A stretch of DNA of 63,730 bases, taken from the IMG/VR virus record IMGVR_UViG_3300048837_001215, positions 1 through 63,730 of that record; one strand, 5' to 3'. The notes under the pieces are model-generated. The model was not told the origin of the DNA. It saw nothing but the letters and a program-made list of their open reading frames with translations, and did not search any database. Shown here in pieces: positions 35,434-43,660 of the stretch (its first letter is position 1; the number at the start of each line of letters is the position of its first letter). Source of the DNA: a virus (Duplodnaviria; Caudoviricetes). Both the position numbers and the translations under genes were made by a program.

Positions 35434-37430
35434 TTTTCACCCCTTATTTTCTTCATGAGTTCGGTCAGTAAGGAAATATCTTCTACTTCTTTGCCGTCCA
35501 GTATTGACGAAAGAATCTGCCGCTTGGTATCGAGTAGTTGGGCGATATCCTCTTCTATTGTATCTGCTGCCAGGAGATAGAAGGCGTTAATACTTTGCGC
35601 CTCTTGGCCAATCCTATTGACCCGGTCTTCTGCCTGATCGTGGTCACCTGGAGTCCACCATAACTCCATGAAAGCAGTGGAGGAGGCGGCAACCAAGGTC
35701 AAACCTTCCTTTGCCGCTTTGCTGCCAATAAACAGTCGGCAATTCGGATCGTTCTGGAACTGATCGACCGCTAATTGCCTGGCTTTGGAATCAGTCCCCC
35801 CATATACAACAACTGAAGAATCCTTGAAGTGATTATGGATCTCTTCGATCACTTCCCGATGTTCGGCAAATACGACTAACTTTTCGTTCTCGCAAAAGTC
35901 TTTAATCCATTCCAATGCCAACTTCATCTTCATCTGGACCACGAGTTGTTTGGCCTTTTCGATTATGACCAGATGCTCTGCCTGCTTTTCCGATCTTTCC
36001 AGTTCGTCCTTGATTTCATCTATGACTCTGGAATACTTTCCCTTGTCGATTTCAATCGGGATGACTTGTCGAACCTTGGGAGGAAGCTGGGTCAAAACTT
36101 CAGATTTCAACCTCCGAATCATTATGGAGTGAGTGAGGATCTTGTTCAACTCTTCTGTATTACTGGCCCCTGAAACATCCCAACCAAATCCAGAATGCTT
36201 TCTATCACAGTATCTCTTGGTATATGCCCACCAAGACGGGAACAGTTTGGGATTGATCATCTGAATGGGCTCGAAGAACTCAATTGGCCTGTTGGTGATC
36301 GGGGTTCCACTCAATCCCAGGACAAACTCTGCGTCTTTGGCCAGTTCCTGAGCCGCCAAAGTCCGGCCTGTTCCTCTGGTCTTGGTATAGTGAATCTCGT
36401 CAAATACAATGGTCTTCAGATTGAGCCTCTTCAGTTCAGGATGAAGCTCAGGAACTTTTCCTTTGCCATTGCAGTTCTTACATTTCATCCCATGGATCAT
36501 CTTCTTCCCTTCACATTTGGGGCACTCGATTGAGGAATGGATGATGTCATAGTTTACAACAAACAGGTCTTTTCGGGTTCCCCCTGGGAAGATGGTATGC
36601 TTGAGATCCTTGCCGCTTAACAGGACCGGTTCCAATTCAGTCCATTCCAGGGCCTTTCTGGCCCAGTGGATCTTGATGCTTGCCGGACAGATGACCAATG
36701 CCGGCAGGGCAATATTCTTTTTCAGCTGCAGCCATGCCAGGGCTTGAGCCGTTTTTCCAAGACCCATATCGTCACCAATCAAGGCCCGACCATTCTTGGA
36801 GCAGACAAACTCAACTCCGGTCTTCTGGAAATCCATCAGGTTGCAGCGGAGTCCCTTGATAGTATCGATTGATTCTGGTTTTGCTACTGGCCGGTTCTTC
36901 CATTTGAGGAGGTTTTCACATAAAGGAATTCCAAGCCTTTCAATCATCTGGAAGGAGAGTTCATTCAATGGAACTTCCCAACGCTTGGCTGCACCATTCC
37001 ATTTCCGGTTTGGCAGATTCTTGACAGCAGCCACCATCTCATAACTGAAAGGGAATTCCAAGTGGACAATGTCTCCATGGAGGCTTGCGAGGTTCTTCTG
37101 TGCTGGTTTGGTTGATGCCGGAGCAGGACCATTTTCTTTCGGTTCAATCAGTTTGACTTGATCGTGATACTTAGGGAGGATCTTCTTCAGGGCAATGAGC
37201 TGTTTGTCGGTGAGCCTTCCTCTGGAGAGATATTGCTCGGCCAGCGATGTTCCAAAAGTTCCATCAGTTCCGTTGAATCCGGTTCCGTTCTGGTACTTGG
37301 TTCCTTTTTCAAGTTGCTCGTCAGTGGTTTGATGGGAATAGAGGATGAGGAGAGCGCCAATGGCATACTCGTCTTTTTCTATGACTTTGCGGAAGATTTC
37401 TGGATTGGATGTGGCGACAGGTTGCAACAT
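35430..37430 (-). CDS. SNF2-family (SMARCAL1/HARP-like) helicase
   Basis: DDMGLGKT, DEIH, LSGTP, RRLK, QAEDRVNRIGQ. Confidence 0.9.
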   Translation of the reverse strand: MLQPVATSNPEIFRKVIEKDEYAIGALLILYSHQTTDEQLEKGTKYQNGTGFNGTDGTFGTSLAEQYLSRGRLTDKQLIALKKILPKYHDQVKLIEPKENGPAPASTKPAQKNLASLHGDIVHLEFPFSYEMVAAVKNLPNRKWNGAAKRWEVPLNELSFQMIERLGIPLCENLLKWKNRPVAKPESIDTIKGLRCNLMDFQKTGVEFVCSKNGRALIGDDMGLGKTAQALAWLQLKKNIALPALVICPASIKIHWARKALEWTELEPVLLSGKDLKHTIFPGGTRKDLFVVNYDIIHSSIECPKCEGKKMIHGMKCKNCNGKGKVPELHPELKRLNLKTIVFDEIHYTKTRGTGRTLAAQELAKDAEFVLGLSGTPITNRPIEFFEPIQMINPKLFPSWWAYTKRYCDRKHSGFGWDVSGASNTEELNKILTHSIMIRRLKSEVLTQLPPKVRQVIPIEIDKGKYSRVIDEIKDELERSEKQAEHLVIIEKAKQLVVQMKMKLALEWIKDFCENEKLVVFAEHREVIEEIHNHFKDSSVVVYGGTDSKARQLAVDQFQNDPNCRLFIGSKAAKEGLTLVAASSTAFMELWWTPGDHDQAEDRVNRIGQEAQSINAFYLLAADTIEEDIAQLLDTKRQILSSILDGKEVEDISLLTELMKKIRGEK

Positions 37431-37475
37431 GATTTTTTCTCCTTTGTCTCGGGTAGAGGTCGGATTGGTTTGTAA

Positions 37476-38012
37476 TTATGATTCGATCAGATTCCAAACA
37501 AGATGAATGAAATTCAGATATCTGATTCTATTTTCATCGTTTTCTTTATAGTGATTTTTTACAGCTTCTTCGAACTCAAGAAGATTTCCAGAAAAACAAC
37601 CACATTTAACCTGGATGATATCACAATCCCAGTAAACTATTGTTTGTGAGTCTCTTGATCCCATATATGGGGAGGTAATCCTTGATGGACTTCTTTTGAA
37701 GCCCCAGCAGTCCTGGCAGCCCCAGCATTCCCAGCATTCCCGGCAGTCCTGGCATTCCCGGCAGTCCTGGCAGCCCCAGCAGTTCCGGCAGTTCCGGCAG
37801 TTCCGGCAGTCCCAGCAGTCCTGGCATTCCCAGCATTCCCAGCATTCCCGGCAGTCCTGGCAGCCCCAGCAGTCCTGGCAGTTCCGGCAGTTCCGGCAGT
37901 TCCGGCAGTTTATCATAGTTTTGGAATGAGAGGTTGCTTGGGTTTTTGTAAAATAATTGCAATTCCAACTATTGTTATTTCCATCTATCCAATATCCGTT
38001 TTTCTTTTTCAT
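37476..38012 (-). CDS. Cys-repeat (CxxCxx)n solenoid-like protein
   Basis: 23 Cxx units followed by a GSR...CGCFSG...F capping domain. Confidence 0.7.
   Translation of the reverse strand: MKKKNGYWIDGNNNSWNCNYFTKTQATSHSKTMINCRNCRNCRNCQDCWGCQDCRECWECWECQDCWDCRNCRNCRNCWGCQDCRECQDCRECWECWGCQDCWGFKRSPSRITSPYMGSRDSQTIVYWDCDIIQVKCGCFSGNLLEFEEAVKNHYKENDENRIRYLNFIHLVWNLIES
37701..37907. repeat. 9-bp tandem repeat, 23 units
   Basis: On the - strand: TGC-(CGG/CAG/TGG)-(AAC/GAC/GAA/GGC). Confidence 0.92.
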
Positions 38013-38035
38013 TTGATTTCTCCTTGGTTTTAGAG

Positions 38036-38064
38036 ATTATACCTGATTATTTGAGTTTCGTTAA
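38036..38064 (-). promoter_or_regulatory. Promoter motif TTAACG-N17-TATAAT, copy 4
   Basis: GTTAACGAAA...CAGGTATAAT. Confidence 0.75.
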
Positions 38065-38583
38065 CATTTTTTCGATTTCATGGACAGCTGCCCAATATCT
38101 AGGCCAGGACCATTCCAGGCAATTCCGGCAGTGGTCCTTGATTTCTCTCCTGAGCTTCTTCCTGCTGACTGTGATATCTTCCTTGAAATTTGTCCTCCTT
38201 CTCTTTAGTGGCTGGCTGGCAACCCCTTCAAATAAGCAGTGTACGATCGTTTTGGCATCTTCTGACAAATCCATAACCGCTTTTCTGAAGTCTAGCTGTC
38301 TTTCGATAGAACAGTCTCCAGTAGAGAGGCAAGGGTCGTCCAAACTGGCGGAAAGGATATCGTCCAGGCTTATTGTGTCGAGTTGTTTTTTGGTAGCGTC
38401 CTCCATCTTCTTTTTTCTCAGAGCCAGGTTATTCCAGAGCCATGTGCTGAAAGATCCACATTCTGGATTATAGGTCCGGCAAGCCTTCAGATATGGTTCG
38501 ACTCCTTCTCCATCCTTCATGGCTTGCCAGCCCAGGACCTTTACTATGATTCCTTCGTGTTTTTGATAATCTTCCTCTCTCAT
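38047..38583 (-). CDS. Sigma70 region 2-like phage transcription factor
   Basis: YLKACRTYNPECGSFSTWL resembles sigma region 2.3. Confidence 0.5.
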   Translation of the reverse strand: MREEDYQKHEGIIVKVLGWQAMKDGEGVEPYLKACRTYNPECGSFSTWLWNNLALRKKKMEDATKKQLDTISLDDILSASLDDPCLSTGDCSIERQLDFRKAVMDLSEDAKTIVHCLFEGVASQPLKRRRTNFKEDITVSRKKLRREIKDHCRNCLEWSWPRYWAAVHEIEKMLTKLK

Positions 38584-38669
38584 CTCAGTACCAGCTCCAG
38601 GAATCCAACTATGAAATATACAAAAGGAATCAGAACGAGAAATACAAACCCTCCAAAAAATGTTTTCAT
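38580..38669 (-). CDS. 29-aa hydrophobic peptide
   Basis: MKTFFGGFVFLVLIPFVYFIVGFLELVLR; GGAG RBS; coupled to the next gene. Confidence 0.5.
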   Translation of the reverse strand: MKTFFGGFVFLVLIPFVYFIVGFLELVLR

Positions 38670-38681
38670 GGCGGTCTCCAA

Positions 38682-38861
38682 TTAAGAGTTTATCATCTGG
38701 GCAACTTCTTTCCAGGCCGCAGCGGCTTTGGCAACATCTCTTTTAGTTCTCCTGATGATCACCCCATGAGGGGTTTTGGCACGCCATTCTCTGCCGACTT
38801 TGAATGCTCGATAGAGGGGAGCAGAGTGAAAATTCTTGGTTTGAGCGATTGCATTTTTCAT
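38682..38861 (-). CDS. 59-aa basic early protein
   Basis: AAGGAG RBS; MKNAIAQTKNFHSAP... Confidence 0.55.
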   Translation of the reverse strand: MKNAIAQTKNFHSAPLYRAFKVGREWRAKTPHGVIIRRTKRDVAKAAAAWKEVAQMINS

Positions 38862-38958
38862 TTACTTCTCCTTTATTTGATAAGGGTTTCCAGTAGGTAA
38901 TATGCCGGCATCAACGACCAAAGCAAAATCATGAGAAAGTATTTCATAGACCCTCCAA

Positions 38959-39180
38959 TTATGCTTCTGAGTGGCCTTCTTTATCCAACCAGCAGTCTCT
39001 TCTGATCCTGCAATTCTCCAGGGATGGCCCTACGCAACTGAACAATTCTCCAGTTATAGTTCGGTAGTCATACTGGAAGAAGATCCTTCCCCGGGTTTGA
39101 AATCTCTCCCATTCTTCCATTCCATTCTTGGTGGTGGAACAACCTTTCTTGTTCATTGTTTTGCCTCCATTAGTATCCAT
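38959..39180 (-). CDS. Small early protein (DUF3873-like)
   Basis: GCST...QYDYRTITGELFSCV...CR..RD.W. Confidence 0.6.
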   Translation of the reverse strand: MDTNGGKTMNKKGCSTTKNGMEEWERFQTRGRIFFQYDYRTITGELFSCVGPSLENCRIRRDCWLDKEGHSEA

Positions 39181-39394
39181 GTTTGCTCAGAAAAGAAGCG
39201 GTGTTGCTGCAGATAGAGTGACTGGTGGAAACATTGGGGCCTTTTCTCCATGCCCCTACCTTGCCAATATAATAGAACATTCGGTCATCGGGATTGGTCG
39301 GTTTGAATTGCCGATATTTCTTGCTTGATGATTTTACTTCCTGCAGACCTTTGTCGATTAAATATTGGCAAAGCCTATCTTGCAACGTTTTCAT
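39170..39394 (-). CDS. Small early protein
   Basis: GAGG RBS before MKTLQDR. Confidence 0.5.
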   Translation of the reverse strand: MKTLQDRLCQYLIDKGLQEVKSSSKKYRQFKPTNPDDRMFYYIGKVGAWRKGPNVSTSHSICSNTASFLSKHGY

Positions 39395-39612
39395 AACTTT
39401 GACTCCTCTATACAACCTTGGCAATTACATTTTACAATATTTGGTTTATAAAGTTTATTGAAAACTTCTTCCCAGGTATCTTCATGGATACAATGGGTTC
39501 CATCTACATCATTGAGGAGACCGTTTTTGAGATAAACCCAAATTCCATCTCCACTGGATCGTTCATCAGAAATTTCTTTGATAACTGATTTTTGCCATTT
39601 GGTCAGTTTCAT
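39391..39612 (-). CDS. Small early protein
   Basis: GGAGG RBS before MKLTKWQ. Confidence 0.55.
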   Translation of the reverse strand: MKLTKWQKSVIKEISDERSSGDGIWVYLKNGLLNDVDGTHCIHEDTWEEVFNKLYKPNIVKCNCQGCIEESKL

Positions 39613-39701
39613 AACTTCCTCCATTTGAATTGATCTGTACTTTTGCCTGACCGCTTGTCCCTGGCCTCCACTTGGAAGGCCAGGAAGCAGCTTTCAGTTT
39701 C

Positions 39702-39971
39702 TTATCCAATATAGAAGGATTCAAAATCTACAGTAGGAATGGTCAATTCAATCTTGGCCCCTCGTGGCTCAAAGTGTTCAAGGCAGTCTTTAATTGTGTC
39801 GATGAAAACAACCTTGGAAACCTTCACTGAAGACATTCCAGGAAAGTATTTATCATCTCCGGTCGGAAGGTGTGGGGTTGTTCTTACTCGAAAGCCAATG
39901 TGTTTCAGATTCCGTTTTTTGTTGACTTCCTTTATGGCCTCTTGAATGGTACATTCTTTTCTCATTGACAT
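39702..39971 (-). CDS. Small early protein
   Basis: AAGGAG RBS directly 3' of a hammerhead. Confidence 0.6.
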   Translation of the reverse strand: MSMRKECTIQEAIKEVNKKRNLKHIGFRVRTTPHLPTGDDKYFPGMSSVKVSKVVFIDTIKDCLEHFEPRGAKIELTIPTVDFESFYIG

Positions 39972-39994
39972 AATCAGCTCCTTTATGGCTTTGT

Positions 39995-40048
39995 GATTGT
40001 TTCGGCCATCTGGCCTCTTCAGTGCTGGTTAAGATCCAGCAGACAATC
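39995..40048 (-). ncRNA. Type III hammerhead ribozyme (second in transcript)
   Basis: GATTG-TC^-TGCTGG-ATCTTAA-CCAGCA-CTGAAGA-GGCC-AGAT-GGCC-GAA-ACAATC: complete core and three stems. Confidence 0.93.
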
Positions 40049-40082
40049 TGGCCAGTTTAACGACGTGGCCGGGTCGGTGGGG

Positions 40083-40451
40083 TTATTTGCGATACGGCTT
40101 CATTGCTTCTTCGTAAGTTTTTGACTGGGGTGTCATTTTGGAAATAGATTCTATCCTGGAAATCATGGTCTTCTTGTAACTTTCCCCGGCATTATTGAAT
40201 TGTTCAAGTCTGTTTTTACAACGTTTAATTTCAGCTGCCATTTCCTCTCTTGCCATTTCAAGGGCTGATTTTTGAGGATTTTCATAATCTATTTTGAGGC
40301 TTGGGTTGAAGTTCATGCCAAGGCATCTCCCATCATTAGACATCAGAATCATTTTCTTTTTACCACATGAATACACGCAACAAGGCTCATAAACTGCCGT
40401 ATTTTCGTTCCACATTCTGATGTAGTATCCAATATCACCCTTTTTATTCAT
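40083..40451 (-). CDS. First early protein, hypothetical
   Basis: TAAGGAG RBS before ATG 40451, directly 3' of a hammerhead. Confidence 0.6.
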   Translation of the reverse strand: MNKKGDIGYYIRMWNENTAVYEPCCVYSCGKKKMILMSNDGRCLGMNFNPSLKIDYENPQKSALEMAREEMAAEIKRCKNRLEQFNNAGESYKKTMISRIESISKMTPQSKTYEEAMKPYRK

Positions 40452-40468
40452 GGCTCTTCTCCTTATTT

Positions 40469-40525
40469 GATTGTTTCGGCCCTGCTGGGCCATCGTCAGT
40501 CGATCAGCTGTAGATCAAGACAATC
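40469..40525 (-). ncRNA. Type III hammerhead ribozyme (first in transcript)
   Basis: GATTG-TC^-TTGATC-TACAGCT-GATCGA-CTGACGA-T-GGCCC-AGCA-GGGCC-GAA-ACAATC; one extra U between A9 and stem II. Confidence 0.9.
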
Positions 40526-40639
40526 CTTCTCCTGGCAAGCGGGGGTTGTTCTCCCTGGCCTGCCTTTTGGGTTCTCGTTTAACCTCCCCCGTTTGTACTC
40601 TCAGGCTCTCCCTGTGGTCCCTCTCTATCCTACAATTAA

Positions 40640-40668
40640 ATAATAGCCTGTTTTTTCAGAGAAGTAAA
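40640..40668 (-). promoter_or_regulatory. Sigma70-like early promoter with upstream A/T tracts
   Basis: TTTACT-N17-TATTAT. Confidence 0.65.
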
Positions 40669-40791
40669 GGAATTTTAAATAAAAAAAGGTAAAAAAGTTT
40701 ATTTTCTTCACATTTCTCCTTTGAAATTGAAATCATTACAAATTTCCAAACTCCAATCCTCCAAGACTAACCCCCTCCCAGGGTCAATCCC

Positions 40792-40820
40792 TTTTCATAC
40801 AGCAAAAATCCAGGTATAAT
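40792..40820 (+). promoter_or_regulatory. Putative rightward (late) promoter
   Basis: TTTTCA-N17-TATAAT, sharing CCAGGTATAAT with the leftward motif; upstream of the small terminase. Confidence 0.55.
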
Positions 40821-40872
40821 CCCATATAAAGGCAAAGAAAATCTAACCTCCAAATCAACAATCAACAAGACC

Positions 40873-41490
40873 ATGACCAGAATCCAACCAGACCAACAAT
40901 CAGCCCCGCAGAAAAAGCGGGTAAAGAAGACCCCAAGGAAAAGACCCACTACCGAGGCCCAGCGGGTAAAGCGGATGAACAAGATCACAGGGGTAGACAA
41001 GATCACCCCTCCCCCGTATCTAAAGACCTCCGACCGATTCTGGGAAGTAAGAAGCACCTTTGGGAGAAAGCCGATATTCTCCTCCCCAGACGAACTGATG
41101 AAAGCCTGCCTGGAATACTTCAACTGGGTAGAAGCACATCCCTTATATGAATATAAGCCTATGGGGCTATACCAGGGGCAGCCGGTTGTTGAGACGATCC
41201 CGAAGAAGAGGCCGTTCACACTGGGGAGCCTGCACATATTCCTTGATATATCACAGCCGGCATGGCTTGACTACAGAACAAAGAGCCCTGACTTTTCTAT
41301 TGTCTGTGGGGTAGTAGAGCAGGCAATACGGGAGCAGAAGTTCGCAGGGGCAGCAGCCGGGTTCTTCAATCATGCTATAATAGCAAGGGATCTGGGGTTG
41401 GTTGATCGGCAGGATGTAACAAGCGGTGGGGAGAAGCTGCAGAATCAATCGGTGGTAGTTTTGCCATCCAAGGAAGAAATTCCAGCGTGA
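40873..41490 (+). CDS. Terminase small subunit (P22 gp3-like)
   Basis: GRKPIFSSPDEL..AC.EYF.W...PL; QKFAGAAAG..N..IIARDLGL. Confidence 0.88.
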   Translation: MTRIQPDQQSAPQKKRVKKTPRKRPTTEAQRVKRMNKITGVDKITPPPYLKTSDRFWEVRSTFGRKPIFSSPDELMKACLEYFNWVEAHPLYEYKPMGLYQGQPVVETIPKKRPFTLGSLHIFLDISQPAWLDYRTKSPDFSIVCGVVEQAIREQKFAGAAAGFFNHAIIARDLGLVDRQDVTSGGEKLQNQSVVVLPSKEEIPA

Positions 41491-42899
41491 CAAAAGCAAT
41501 GCCTTCTATACCAGGGGTTCCTCCTGGAGCAAGGATAGTGGGACCGCAACCCGGCCCGCAAACGCAGTTCTTGACTTCACCAGCCGAAGTCATCATATAT
41601 GGAGGATCGGCTGGCGGAGGGAAGTCATACGCCCTCTTGTTAGATCCTCTTTATCATGTAAATAACTCCAAGTTCGGATCGGTCATCTTCCGGCGCACTA
41701 CAAAACAAATTACGAATGAGGGCGGATTGTGGGATACCGCTTCCGACCTCTATACCAGTCTCGGTGATGGCGACAGGGCCAGGATGATTCAGAGCCCTGC
41801 TCTTCACGCCATGTTCCCCAGTGGGATGAAGGTCAGCTTCCATCACATGGAGCACGAGACCACCAGACACGACTGGCAGGGCTCCCAGCTTCCTGATGTA
41901 AAGTTCGATGAGTTGACTCACTTTACCTGGAAGCAGTTCAACTATATGATTTCCAGGATGCGGTCAGATGCCGGCGTAGTTCCGACGCTGAAAGCTACTA
42001 CCAATCCAGATCCGGACAGTTGGGTTCGATCTTTCATTGATTGGTATATTGGGGAGGATGGATTTGCCATCCCCGAGAGATCCGGCAAGATCCGATGGTT
42101 TATTGTTGATGGGGATGAAGTGGTATGGGGGAATACCAGGGATGAGTTAATTGCCAAATTCCCGCGCTCATTGCCAAAGAGTTTCACCTTTATCCGCTCG
42201 TCTGTATATGACAATAAGATTCTCCTGGAAACCAACCCTGGATACCTCTCTAATCTCCATGCCCTGACAAGAGTCGAGAAAGCGCGATTACTCGACGGGA
42301 ATTGGGATGTCAGGGCAACGGCAGGCACTTACTTCAAACGCAGCGATTTCGAGGTTGTAGATGCCGTTCCTGGCATAGCAAAGCGGGTCAGGGCCTGGGA
42401 TCTTGCCGGTACTGAGCGGAAAGATACAGCAGAGAGAAGAGAACGGAAAGCAGGTGATCCCGACTGGACAGCCGGAGTCCGAATGAGCAAGACAGATGAC
42501 GGCCTGTACTTCGTTGAGCACATAGAAAGGTTTAGGGAGGACCCGCCAAAGGTTGCAGGAAGAGTAAAAGCCATTGCTGGCCAGGACGGCAGAAGAGTTC
42601 GGGTCAGGCTCCCACAGGACCCAGGGCAAGCGGGGAAAGCCCAGGTCAAGTCGTACATTATGATGCTGAATGGATTTTTAGTTACTGCTCTTCCGGTAAC
42701 TGGGAGCAAAGAGCATCGTGCAGGGCCAGCAAGCACACAGGCTCAGGCCGGCAATATAAAGGTATTGAGAGGACCATGGAACGAGGCTTTCTTTTCGGAG
42801 TTGGAGAACTTTCCGGAAGGGCTCCATGATGATCAGGTGGATGCATTCTCTGATGCGTATGATGAGCTTACCACAACGAGACGAGTAGGGGTCTGGTAA
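41487..42899 (+). CDS. Terminase large subunit
   Basis: GGSAGGGKS, FDEL, TTNP, RAWDLA, HDDQVDA. Confidence 0.93.
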   Translation: MTKAMPSIPGVPPGARIVGPQPGPQTQFLTSPAEVIIYGGSAGGGKSYALLLDPLYHVNNSKFGSVIFRRTTKQITNEGGLWDTASDLYTSLGDGDRARMIQSPALHAMFPSGMKVSFHHMEHETTRHDWQGSQLPDVKFDELTHFTWKQFNYMISRMRSDAGVVPTLKATTNPDPDSWVRSFIDWYIGEDGFAIPERSGKIRWFIVDGDEVVWGNTRDELIAKFPRSLPKSFTFIRSSVYDNKILLETNPGYLSNLHALTRVEKARLLDGNWDVRATAGTYFKRSDFEVVDAVPGIAKRVRAWDLAGTERKDTAERRERKAGDPDWTAGVRMSKTDDGLYFVEHIERFREDPPKVAGRVKAIAGQDGRRVRVRLPQDPGQAGKAQVKSYIMMLNGFLVTALPVTGSKEHRAGPASTQAQAGNIKVLRGPWNEAFFSELENFPEGLHDDQVDAFSDAYDELTTTRRVGVW

Positions 42900-43660
42900 T
42901 GAATACAACCTCAGTGATTGTCATTATCCCAGCCAGGATAGGGTCTTCCCGTCTTCCGAATAAACCTTTGGCAGACATCAGGGGAAAGTCCACTATCCAG
43001 AGAGTATGGGAGAAGGCACAGCAGATCAAAGGGGTCTCCAACTTAGTGGTTTCTACCGACAGTATTCTGGTCGAAAGGGAAGTTTTGAAGTTTGGCGGGA
43101 AGGTAGTCAGGACCGGAGGATGTAGGACAGGATCGGATAGGGTAGCTTTGACCATGTGGGAGTACTTTCACGATTCGCATCCAATGGAAATAGTGGTTAA
43201 TCTCCAGGGCGATCTCCCATTTGTCGAGTCTGAAGTGGTAGAGGAATTGGTTGCCGAACTGGAAAAAAATCCAAAGATGGATATGGTTACGCCGGCAATT
43301 CGCCAAACTTCCTTGTCTCAGTTGTGGGCTTCTTCAGACACGGTGAAGGCTATAAAGGGGAAAGACGGTGAGGCCAGATACTTCTCCCGCTCCCCTATTC
43401 CTTTTGGGATTGACCGCTTGGGGTATTGGTATCATCATTATGGGGTATATGCTTGGAGAAACGAACCCCTGCAAGCGTTTGCTCATGCTAATTCCACATC
43501 TTGGGAGATTGCAGAGGGGCTGGAGCAGTTGAGGGCGGTAGAGATGGGCATGAAGGTTAAACTGATGGAAACAACTTACGAGCCTGGAATTGAGATCAAT
43601 ACCTACAAAGATTTGATTGCTGCCAGATTGTATTGCAACTCCCTGGAGGAAGGGAAATGA
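42899..43660 (+). CDS. kdsB: CMP-Kdo synthetase (3-deoxy-manno-octulosonate cytidylyltransferase)
   Basis: IIPARIGSSRLPNKPLADI.GK, TGSDR, VNLQGD, YFSRSPIP, H.GVY, LEQLRA. Confidence 0.9.
   Translation: MNTTSVIVIIPARIGSSRLPNKPLADIRGKSTIQRVWEKAQQIKGVSNLVVSTDSILVEREVLKFGGKVVRTGGCRTGSDRVALTMWEYFHDSHPMEIVVNLQGDLPFVESEVVEELVAELEKNPKMDMVTPAIRQTSLSQLWASSDTVKAIKGKDGEARYFSRSPIPFGIDRLGYWYHHYGVYAWRNEPLQAFAHANSTSWEIAEGLEQLRAVEMGMKVKLMETTYEPGIEINTYKDLIAARLYCNSLEEGK

Noticed and set aside
37701-37907. CRISPR array, or collagen-like LPG/Gln-rich ORFs in other frames
   Set aside because: These are contiguous 9-bp units with no spacers and no cas genes; only the Cys frame has an RBS and sensible flanking domains.
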